Shown here: positions 1 through 11,400 of the stretch, in pieces
Position numbering within the stretch: position 1 is the stretch's first letter
Layout: the number at the start of each line of letters is the position of its first letter
DNA from: the human T2T-CHM13v2.0 reference genome, Homo sapiens
DNA length: 64,000 nt
Reading direction: 5' to 3' (one strand)
NCBI RefSeq assembly: GCF_009914755.1
Contig: NC_060926.1
Program-made: the position numbers and the translations under genes
Notes under the pieces: generated by a model
The model's input: only the letters and a program-made list of their open reading frames with translations
Told to the model about the DNA's origin: nothing
Databases searched by the model: none

Positions 1-40
1 TTGTAAAATCTGCAAGAGGATATTTGGATAGCTTTGAGGA

Positions 41-57
41 TTTCGTTGGAAACGGGA
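41..57 (+). promoter_or_regulatory. CENP-B box (first copy; recurs about every 340 bp, roughly 188 positions)
   Basis: TTTCGTTGGAAACGGGA matches the consensus YTTCGTTGGAARCGGGA. Next positions are 383-399 and 721-737 (mutant). Confidence 0.97.
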
Positions 58-549
58 TTGTCTTCATATAAACTCTACACAGAAGCATTCTCAGAAGCGT
101 CATTGGGATGTTTCAATTGAAGTCACAGTGTTGAACAGTCCCTTTCATAGAGCAGGTTTGAAACACTCTTTTTGTAGTATCTGGATGTGGACATTTGGAG
201 CGCTTTCAGGCCTATGGTTTAAAAGGAAATATCTTCCCCTGAAAACTAGACAGAAGCATTCTCAGAAACTTATTTGTGATGTGCGCCTTCAACTAACAGT
301 GTTGAAGCATTCTTTTGATAGAGCAGTTTTGAAACACTCTTTTTGTGGAATCTGCAAGTGGATATTTGTCTAGCTTTGAGGATTTCGTTGGAAACGGGAT
401 TACATATAAAAAGCAGACAGCAGCATTCCCAGAAACTTCTTTGTGATGTTTGCATTCAAGTCACAGAGTTGAACATTCCCTTTCAGAGAGCAGGTTTGAA
501 ACACTCTTTTTGTAGTATCTGGATGTGGACATTTGGAGCGCTTTCAGGC

Positions 550-566
550 CTATGGTGAAAAAGGAA
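550..566 (+). promoter_or_regulatory. pJalpha / A-box (example; alternates with CENP-B boxes)
   Basis: CTATGGTGAAAAAGGAA lies at the position homologous to the CENP-B box in C monomers; A monomers carry CTRCGGTGAAAAAGGAA-type variants. Confidence 0.8.
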
Positions 567-720
567 ATATCTTCCCCTGAAAACTAGACAGAAGCATTCT
601 CAGAATCTTATTTGTGATGTGCGCCCGCAACTAACAGTGTTGAAGCTTTCTTTTGATAGAGCAGTTTTGAAACACTCTTTTTGTAAAATCTGCAAGAGGA
701 TATTTGGATAGCTTTGAGGA

Positions 721-737
721 TTTCATTGGAAACGGGA
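721..737 (+). promoter_or_regulatory. Mutant CENP-B box (TTCG>TTCA); also at 19754-19770, 24854-24870, 56120-56136
   Basis: TTTCATTGGAAACGGGA has lost the essential G of NTTCGNNNNANNCGGGN. Confidence 0.9.
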
Positions 738-3700
738 TTGTCTTCATATAAACTCTAGACAGAAGCATTCTCAGAAGCTTCATTGGGATGTTTCAATTGA
801 AGTCACAGTGTTGAACAGTACCTTTCATAGAGCAGGTTTGAAACACTCCTTTTGTAGTATCTGGAAGTGGACATTTGGAGCGCTCTCAGGACTGCGGTGA
901 AAAAGGAACTATCTTCCAATAAAAGCTAGATAGAAGCAATGTCAGAAACTTTTTCATGATGTATCTACTCAGCTAACAGAGTTGAACCTTCCTTTGAGAG
1001 AGCAGTTTTGAAACACTCTTTTTGTGGAATCTGCAAGTGGATATTTGTCTAGCTTTGAGGATTTCGTTGGAAACGGGATTGTCTTCATATAAACTCTAGA
1101 CAGAAGCATTCTCAGAAGCTTCATTGGGATGTTTCAATTGAAGTCACAGTGTTGAACAGTTCCTTTCATAGAACAGGTTTGAAACACTCTTTTTGTAGTA
1201 TCTGGAAGTGGACATTTGGAGCGCTCTCAGGACTATGGTGAAAAAGGAAATATCTTCCAATAAAAGCTACATAGAAGCAATGTCAGAAACTTTTTCATGA
1301 TGTATCTACTCAGCTAACAGAGTTGAACCTTTCCTTTGAGAGAGCAGTTTTGAAACACTCTTTTTGTGGAATCTGCAGGTGGATATTTGTCTAGCTTTGA
1401 GGATTTCGTTGGAAACGGGATTACATATAAAAAGCAGACAGCAGCATTCCCAGTAACTTCTTTGTGATGTTTGCATTCAAGTCACAGAGTTGAACATTGC
1501 CTTTCATAGAGCAGGTTTCAAACACTCTTTTTGTAGTATCTGGATGTGGACATTTGGAGCGCTTTCAGGCCTATGGTGAAAAAGGAAATATCTTCCCCTG
1601 AAAACTAGACAGAAGCATTCTCAGAATCTTATTTGTGATGTTCGCCCTCAACTAACAGTGTTGAAGCTTTCTTTTGATAGAGCAGTTTTGAAACACTCTT
1701 TTTGTAAAATCTGCAAGAGGATATTTGGATAGCTTTGAGGATTTCGTTGGAAACGGGATTGTCTTCATATAAACTCTAGACAGAAGCATTCTCAGAATCT
1801 TCATTGGGATGTTTCAATTGAAGTCACAGTGTTGAACAGTCCCTTTCATAGAGCAGGTTTCAAACACTCTTTTTGTAGTATCTGGATGTGGACATTTGGA
1901 GCGCTTTCAGGCCTATGGTTTAAAAGGAAATATCTTCCCCTGAAAACTAGACAGAAGCATTCTCAGAAACTTATTTGTGATGTGCGCCCTCAACTAACAG
2001 TGTTGAAGCATTCTTTTGATAGAGCAGTTTTGAAACACTCTTTTTGTGGAATCTGCAAGTGGATATTTGTCTAGCTTTGAGGATTTCGTTGGAAACGGGA
2101 TTACATATGAAAAGCAGACAGCAGCATTCCCAGAAACTTCTTTGTGATGTTTGCATTCAACTCACAGAGTTGAACATTCCCTTTCATAGAGCAGGTTTGA
2201 AACACTCTTTTTGTAGTATCTGGATGTGGACATTTGGAGCGCTTTCAGGCCTATGGTGAAAAAGGAAATATCTTCCCCTGAAAACTAGACAGAAGCATTC
2301 TCAGAAACTTATTTGTGATGTGCGCCCTCAACTAACAGTGTTGAAGCTTTCTTTTGATAGAGCAGTTTTGAAACACTCTTTTTGTAATATCTGCAAGAGG
2401 ATATTTGGATAGCTTTGAGGATTTCGTTGGAAACGGGATTAATTATAAAAAGCAGACAGCAGCATTCCCAGAATCTTGTTTGTGATGTTTGCATTCAAGT
2501 GACAGAGTTGAACATTCCCTTTCAGAGAGCAGGTTTGAAACACTCTTTTTATAGTATCTGGATGTGGACATTTGGAGCGCTTTCAGGCCTATGGTGAAAA
2601 AGGAAATATCTTCTCCTGAAAACTAGACAGAAGCATTCTCAGAATCTTATTTGTGATGTGCGCCCTCAACTAACAGTGTTGAAGCTTTCTTTTGATAGAG
2701 CAGTTTTGAAACACTCTTTTCGTAAAATCTGCAAGAGGATATTTTGATAGCTTTGAGGATTTCGTTGGAAACGGGATTGTCTTCATATAAACTCTAGACA
2801 GAAGCATTCTCAGAAGCTTCATTGGGATGTTTCAATTGAAGTCACAGTGTTGAACAGTCCCTTTCATAGAGCAGGTTTGAAACACTCTTTTTGTAGTATC
2901 TGAAGTGGACATTTGGAGAGATCTCAGGAATACGGTGATAAAGGAAATATCTTCCAATAAAAGCTAGATAGAAGCAATGTCAGAAACTTTTTCATGATGT
3001 ATCTACTCAGCTAACAGAGTTGAACCTTTCTTTTGAGAGAGCAGTTTTGAAACACTCTTTTTGTGGAATCTGCAAGTGGATATTTGTCTAGCTTTGAGGA
3101 TTTCGTTGGAAACGGGATTACATATAAAAAGCAGACAGCAGCATTCCCAGTAACTTCTTTGTGAGGTTTGCATTCAAGTGACAGAGTTGAACATTCCCTT
3201 TCATAGAGCAGGTTTGAAACACTCTTTTTGTAGTATCTGGATGTGGACATTTGGAGCGCTTTCAGGCCTATGGTGAAAAAGGAAATATCTTCCAATAAAA
3301 GCTACATAGAAGCAATGTCAGAAACTTTTTCATGATGTATCTACTCAGCTAACAGAGTTGAAACTTTCTTTTGAGAGAGCAGTTTTGAAACACTCTTTTT
3401 GTGGAATCTGGAAGTGGATATTTGTCTAGCTTTGAGGATTTCGTTGGAAACGGGATTACATATAAAAAGCAGACAGCAGCATTCCCAGTAACTTCTTTGT
3501 GACGTTTGCATTCAAGTCACAGAGTTGAACATTCCCTTTCATAGAGCAGGTTTGAAACACTCTTTTTGTAGTATCTGGATGTGGACATTTGGAGCGCTTT
3601 CAGGCCTATGGTGAAAAAGGAAATATCTTCCCCTGAAAACTAGACAGAAGAATTCTCAGAATCTTATTTGTGATGTGCGCCATCAACTAACAGTGTTGAA

Positions 3701-5419
3701 GCTTTCTTTTGATAGAGCAGTTTTGAAACACTCTTTTTGTAAAATCTGCAAGAGGATATTTGGATAGCTTTGAGGATTTCGTTGGAAACGGGATTGTCTT
3801 CATATAAACTCTAGACAGAAGCATTCTCAGAAGCGTCATTGGGATGTTTCAATTGAAGTCACAGTGTTGAACATTCCCTTTCATAGAGCAGGTTTGAAAC
3901 ACTCTTTTTGTAGTATCTGGATGTGGACATTTGGAGCGCTTTCAGGCCTATGGTTTAAAAGGAAATATCTTCCCCTGAAAACTAGACAGAAGCATTCTCA
4001 GAAACTTATTTGTGATGTGCGCCCTCAACTAACAGTGTTGAAGCATTCTTTTGATACAGCAGTTTTGAAACACTCTTTTTGTGGAATCTGCAAGTGGATA
4101 TTTGTCTAGCTTTGAGGATTTCGTTGGAAACGGGATTACATATAAAAAGCAGACAGCAGCATTCCCAGTAACTTCTTTGTGATGTTTGCATTCAAGCCAG
4201 AGAGTTGAACATTCCCTTTCATAGAGCAGGTTTGAAACACTCTTTTTGAAGTATCTGGTTGTGGACATTTGGAGCGCTTTCAGGCCTATGGTGAAAAAGG
4301 AAATATCTTCCCCTGAAAACTAGACAGAAGCATTCTCAGAAACTTATTTGTGATGTGCGCCCTCAACTAACAGTGTTGAACCTTTCTTTTGATAGAGCAG
4401 TTTTGAAACACTCTTTTTGTAATATCTGCAAGAGGATATTTGGATAGCTTTGAGGATTTCGTTGGAAACGGGATTGTCTTCATATAAACTCTAGACAGAA
4501 GCATTCTCAGAAGCTTCATTGGGATGTTTCAATTGAAGTCACAGTGTTGAACAGTCCCTTTCATAGAGCAGGTTTGAAACACTCTTTTTGTAGTATCTGG
4601 AAGTGGACATTTGGAGCGCTCTCAGGACTACGATGATAAAGGAAATATCTTCCAATAAAAGCTAGATAGAAGCAATGTCACAAACTTTTTCATGATGTAT
4701 CTACTCAGCTAACAGAGTTGAACCTTTCTTTTGAGAGAGCAGTTTTGAAACACTCTTTTTGTGGAATCTGCAAGTGGATATTTGTCTAGCTTTGAGGATT
4801 TCGTTGGAAACGGGATTACATATAAAAAGCAGACAGCAGCATTCCCAGAATCTTCTTTGTGATGTTTGCATTCAAGTCACAGAGTTGAACATTCCCTTTC
4901 ATAGAGCAGGTTTGAAACACTCTTTTTGTAGTATCTGGATGTGGACATTTGGAGCGCTTTCAGGCCTATGGTGAAAAAGGAAATATCTTCCCCTGAAAAC
5001 TAGACAGAAGCATTCTCAGAATCTTATTTGTGATGTGCGCCCTCAACTAACAGTGTTGAAGCTTTCTTTTGATAGAGCAGTTTTGAAACACTCTTTTTGT
5101 AAAATCTGCAAGAGGATATTTGGATAGCTTTGAGGATTTCGTTGGAAACGGGATTGTCTTCATATAAACTCTAGACAGAAGCATTCTCAGAAGCTTCATT
5201 GGGATGTTTCAATTGAAGTCACAGTGTTGAACAGTCCCTTTCATAGAGCAGGTTTGAAACACTCTTTTTGTAGTATATGGAAGTGGACATTTGGAGCGCT
5301 CTCAGGACTGCGGTGAAAAAGGAAATATCTTCCAATAAAAGCTAGATAGAAGCAATGTCAGAAACTTTTTCATGATGTATCTACTCAGCTAACAGAGTTG
5401 AACCTTCATTTGAGAGAGC

Positions 5420-8400
5420 AGTTTTGAAACACTCGTTTTGTGGAATCTGCAAGTGGATATTTGTCTAGCTTTGAGGATTTCGTTGGAAACGGGATTACAT
5501 ATAAAAAGCAGACAGCAGCATTCCCAGAAACTTCTTTTTGATGTTTGCATTCAAGTCACAGAGTTGAACATTCCCTTTCATAGAGCAGGTTTGAAACACT
5601 CTTTTTGTAGTATCTGGATGTGTACATTTGCAGCACTTTCAGGCCTAAGGTGAAAAAGGAAATATCTTCCCCTGAAAACTAGACAGAAGCATTCTCAGAA
5701 ACTTATTTGTGATGTGCGCCCTCAACTAACAGTGTTGAAGCTTTCTTTTGATAGAGCAGTTTTGAAACACTCTTTTTGTAATATCTGCAAGAGGATATTT
5801 GGATAGCTTTGAGGATTTCGTTGGAAACGGGTTTGTCTTCATATAAACTCTAGACAGAAGCATTCTCAGAAGCTTCATTGGGATGTTTCAATTGAAGTCA
5901 CAGTGTTGAACAGTTCCTTTCATAGAACAGGTTTGAAACACTCTTTTTGTAGTATCTGGAAGTGGACATTTGGAGCGCTCTCAGGACTATGGTGAAAAAG
6001 GAAATATCTTCCAATAAAAGCTACATAGAAGCAATGTCAGAAACTTTTTCATGATGTATCTACTCAGCTAACAGAGTTGAACCTTTCCTTTGAGAGAGCA
6101 GTTTTGAAACACTCTTTTTGTGGAATCTGCAAGTGGATATTTGTCTAGCTTTGAGGATTTCGTTGGAAACGGGATTACATATAAAAAGCAGACAGCAGCA
6201 TTCCCAGTAACTTCTTTGTGATGTTTGCATTCAAGTCACAGAGTTGAATATTCCCTTTCATAGAGCAGGTTTGAAACACTCTTTTTGTAGTATCTGGATG
6301 TGGACATTTGGAGCGCTTTCAGGCCTATGGTGAAAAAGGAAATATCTTCCCCTGAAAACTAGACAGAAGCATTCTCAGAAACTTATTTGTGATGTGCGCC
6401 CTCAACTAACAGTGTTGAACCTTTCTTTTGATAGAGCAGTTTTGAAACACTCTTTTTGTAAAATCTGCAAGAGGATATTTGGATAGCTTTGAGGATTTCG
6501 TTGGAAACGGGATTGTCTTCATATAAACTCTAGACAGAAGCATTCTCAGAAGCTTCATTGGGATGTTTCAATTGAAGTCACAGTGTTGAACAGTCCCTTT
6601 CATAGAGCAGGTTTGAAACACTCTTTTTGTAGTATCTGGATGTGGACATTTGGAGCGCTTTCAGGCCTATGGTTTAAAAGGAAATATCTTCCCCTGAAAA
6701 CTAGACAGAAGCATTCTCAGAAACTTATTTGTGATGTGCGCCCTCAACTAACAGTGTTGAAGCATTCTTTTGATAGAGCAGTTTTGAAACACTCTTTTTG
6801 TGGAATCTGCAAGTGGATATTTGTCTAGCTTTGAGGATTTCGTTGGAAACGGGATTAATTATAAAAAGCAGACAGCAGCATTCCCAGAATCCTGTTTGTG
6901 ATGTTTGCATTCAAGTCACAGAGTTGAACATTCCCTTTCAGAGAGCAGGTTTGAAACACTCTTTTTATAGTATCTGGATGTGGACATTTGGAGCGCTTTC
7001 AGGCCTATGATGAAAAAGGAAATATCTTCTCCTGAAAACTAGACAGAAGCATTCTCAGAATCTTATTTGTGATGTGCGCCCTCAACTAACAGTGTTGAAG
7101 CTTTCTTTTGATAGAGCAGTTTTGAAACACTCTTTTCGTAAAATCTGCAAGAGGATATTTGGATAGCTTTGAGGATTTCGTTGGAAACGGGATTGTCTTC
7201 ATATAAACTCTAGACAGAAGCATTCTCAGAAGCTTCATTGGGATGTTTCAATTGAAGTCACAGTGTTGAACAGTCCCTTTCATAGAGCAGGTTTGAAACA
7301 CTCTTTTTGTAGTATCTGGAAGTGGACATTTGGAGAGATCTCAGGAATACGGTGATAAAGGTAATATCTTCCAATAAAAGCTAGATAGAAGCAATGTCAG
7401 AAACTTTTTCATGATGTATCTACTCAGCTAACAGAGTTGAACCTTTCTTTTGAGAGAGCAGTTTTGAAACACTCTTTTTGTGGAATCTGCAAGTGGATAT
7501 TTGTCTAGCTTTGAGGATTTCGTTGGAAACGGGATTACATATAAAAAGCAGACAGCAGCATTCCCAGTAACTTCTTTGTGATGTTTGCATTCAAGTCACA
7601 GAGTTGAACATTCCCTTTCATAGAGCAGGTTTGAAACACTTTTTTTGTAGTATCTGGATGTGGACATTTGGAGCGCTTTCAGGCCTATGGTGAAAAAGGA
7701 AATATCTTCCAATAAAAGCTAGATAGAAGCAATGTCAGAAACTTTTTCATGATGTATCTACTCAGCTAACAGAGTTGAACCTTTCTTTTGAGAGAGCAGT
7801 TTTGAAACACTCTTTTTGTAAAATCTGCAAGAGGATATTTGGATAGCTTTGAGGATTTCGTTGGAAACGGGATTGTCTTCATATAAACTCTAGACAGAAG
7901 CATTCTCAGAAGCGTCATTGGGATGTTTCAATTGAAGTCACAGTGTTGAACAGTCCCTTTCATAGAGCAGGTTTGAAACACTCTTTTTGTAGTATCTGGA
8001 TGTGGACATTTGGAGCGCTTTCAGGCCTATGGTTTAAAAGGAAATATCTTCCCCTGAAAACTAGACAGAAGCATTCTCAGAAACTTATTTGTGATGTGCG
8101 CCTTCAACTAACAGTGTTGAAGCATTCTTTTGATAGAGCAGTTTTGAAACACTCTTTTTGTGGAATCTGCAAGTGGATATTTGTCTAGCTTTGAGGATTT
8201 CGTTGGAAACGGGATTACATATAAAAAGCAGACAGCAGCATTCCCAGAAACTTCTTTGTGATGTTTGCATTCAAGTCACAGAGTTGAACATTCCCTTTCA
8301 GAGAGCAGGTTTGAAACACTCTTTTTGTAGTATCTGGATGTGGACATTTGGAGCGCTTTCAGCCCTATGGTGAAAAAGGAAATATCTTCCCCTGAAAACT

Positions 8401-11400
8401 AGACAGAAGCATTCTCAGAATCTTATTTGTGATGTGCGCCCTCAACTAACAGTGTTGAAGCTTTCTTTTGATAGAGCAGTTTTGAAACACTCTTTTTGTA
8501 AAATCTGCAAGAGGATATTTGGATAGCTTTGAGGATTTCGTTGGAAACGGGATTGTCTTCATATAAACTCTAGACAGAAGCATTCTCAGAAGCTTCATTG
8601 GGATGTTTCAATTGAAGTCACAGTGTTGAACAGTCCCTTTCATAGAGCAGGTTTGAAACACTCTTTTTGTAGTATCTGGAAGTGGACATTTAGAGCGCTC
8701 TCAGGACTGCGGTGAAAAAGGAACTATCTTCCAATAAAAGCTAGATAGAAGCAATGTCAGAAACTTTTTCATGATGTATCTACTCAGCTAACAGAGTTGA
8801 ACCTTCCTTTGAGAGAGCAGTTTTGAAACACTCTTTTTGTGGAATCTGCAAGTGGATATTTGTCTAGCTTTGAGGATTTCGTTGGAAACGGGATTACATA
8901 TAAAAAGCAGACAGCAGCATTCCCAGAAACTTCTTTGTGATGTTTGCATTCAAGTCACAGAGTTGAACATTCCCTTTCATAGAGCAGGTTTGAAACACTC
9001 TTTTTGTAGTATCTGGATGTGGACATTTGCAGCGCTTTCAGGCCTAAGGTGAAAAAGGAAATATCTTCCCCTGAAAACTAGACAGAAGCATTCTCAGAAA
9101 CTTATTTGTGATGTGCGCCCTCAACTAACAGTGTTGAAGCTTTCTTTTGATAGAGCAGTTTTGAAACACTCTTTTTGTAATATCTGCAAGAGGATATTTG
9201 GATAGCTTTGAGGATTTCGTTGGAAACGGGATTGTCTTCATATAAACTCTAGGCAGAAGCATTCTCAGAAGCTTCATTGGGATGTTTCAATTGAAGTCAC
9301 AGTGTTGAACAGTTCCTTTCATAGAACAGGTTTGAAACACTCTTTTTGTAGTATCTGGAAGTGGACATTTGGAGCGCTCTCAGGACTACGGTGAAAATGG
9401 AAATATCTTCCAATAAAAGCTAGATAGAAGCAATGTCAGAAACTTTTTCATGATGTATCTACTCAGCTAACAGAGTTGAACCTTTCTTTTGAGAGAGCAG
9501 TTTTGAAACACTCGTTTTGTGGAATCTGCAAGTGGATATTTGTCTAGCTTTGAGGATTTCGTTGGAAACGGGATTACATATAAAAAGCAGACAGCAGCAT
9601 TCCCAGAAACTTCTTTGTGATGTTTGCATTCAAGTCACAGAGTTGAACATTCCCTTTCATAGAGCAGGTTTGAAACACTCTTTTTGTAGTATCTGGATGT
9701 GGACATTTGCAGCGCTTTCAGGCCTAAGGTGAAAAAGGAAATATCTTCCCCTGAAAACTAGACAGAAGCATTCTCAGAATCTTATTTGTGATGTGCGCCC
9801 TCAACTAACAGTGTTGAAGCTTTCTTTTGATAGAGCAGTTTTGAAACACTCTTTTTGTAAAATCTGCAAGAGGATATTTGGATAGCTTTGAGGATTTCGT
9901 TGGAAACGGGATTGTCTTCATATAAACTCTAGACAGAAGCATTCTCAGAAGCTTCATTGGGATGTTTCAATTGAAGTCACAGTGTTGAACAGTCCCTTTC
10001 ATAGAGCAGGTTTGAAACACTCTTTTTGTAGTATCTGGAAGTGGACATTTGGAACGCTCTCAGGACTGCGGTGAAAAAGGAAATATCTTCCAATAAAAGC
10101 TACATAGAAGCAATGTCAGAAACTTTTTCATGATGTATCTACTCAGCTAACAGAGTTGAACCTTTCTTTTGAGAGAGCAGTTTTGAAACACTCTTTTTGT
10201 AAAATCTGCAAGAGGATATTTGGATAGCTTTGAGGATTTCGTTGGAAACGGGATTGTCTGCATATAAACTCTAGACAGAAGCATTCTCAGAAGCGTCATT
10301 GGGATGTTTCAATTGAAGTCACAGTGTTGAACAGTCCCTTTCATAGAGCAGGTTTGAAACACTCTTTTTGTAGTATCTGGATGTGGACATTTGGAGCGCT
10401 TTCAGGCCTATGGTTTAAAAGGAAATATCTTCCCCTGAAAACTAGACAGAAGCATTCTCAGAAACTTATTTGTGATGTGCGCCTTCAACTAACAGTGTTG
10501 AAGCATTCTTTTGATAGAGCAGTTTTGAAACACTCTTTTTGTGGAACCTGCAAGTGGATATTTGTCTAGCTTTGAGGATTTCGTTGGAAACGGGATTACA
10601 TATAAAAAGCAGACAGCAGCATTCCCAGAAACTTCTTTGTGATGTTTGCATTCAAGTCACAGAGTTGAACATTCCCTTTCATAGAGCAGGTTTGAAACAC
10701 TCTTTTTGTAGTATCTGGATGTGGACATTTGGAGCGCTTTCAGCCCTATGGTGAAAAAGGAAATATCTTCCCCTGAAAACTAGACAGAAGCATTCTCAGA
10801 ATCTTATTTGTGATGTGCGCCCTCAACTAACAGTGTTGAAGCTTTCTTTTGATAGAGCAGTTTTGAAACACTCTTTTTGTAAAATCTGCAAGAGGATATT
10901 TGGATAGCTTTGAGGATTTCGTTGGAAACGGGATTGTCTTCATATAAACTCTAGACAGAAGCATTCTCAGAAGCTTCATTGGGATGTTTCAATTGAAGTC
11001 ACAGTGTTGAACAGTCCCTTTCATAGAGCAGGTTTGAAACACTCTTTTTGTAGTATCTGGAAGTGGACATTTGGAGCGCTCTCAGGACTGCGGTGAAAAA
11101 GGAACTATCTTCCAATAAAAGCTAGATAGAAGCAATGTCAGAAACTTTTTCATGATGTATCTACTCAGCTAACAGAGTTGAACCTTCCTTTGAGAGAGCA
11201 GTTTTGAAACACTCGTTTTGTGGAATCTGCAAGTGGATATTTGTCTAGCTTTGAGGATTTCGTTGGAAACGGGATTACATATAAAAAGCAGACAGCAGCA
11301 TTCCCAGAAACTTCTTTTTGATGTTTGCATTCAAGTCACAGAGTTGAACATTCCCTTTCATAGAGCAGGTTTGAAACACTCTTTTTGTAGTATCTGGATG

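Noticed and set aside
918-923. AATAAA and TATAAA motifs recurring through the array
   Set aside because: They are intrinsic parts of the monomer consensus with no gene context; nothing in the sequence supports polyadenylation or promoter function.
5816-5832. CENP-B box variant ending CGGGT (also near 11596, 29949, 39466, 61214)
   Set aside because: Only position 17 changes, which is not among the nine essential bases, so the box is probably still functional.
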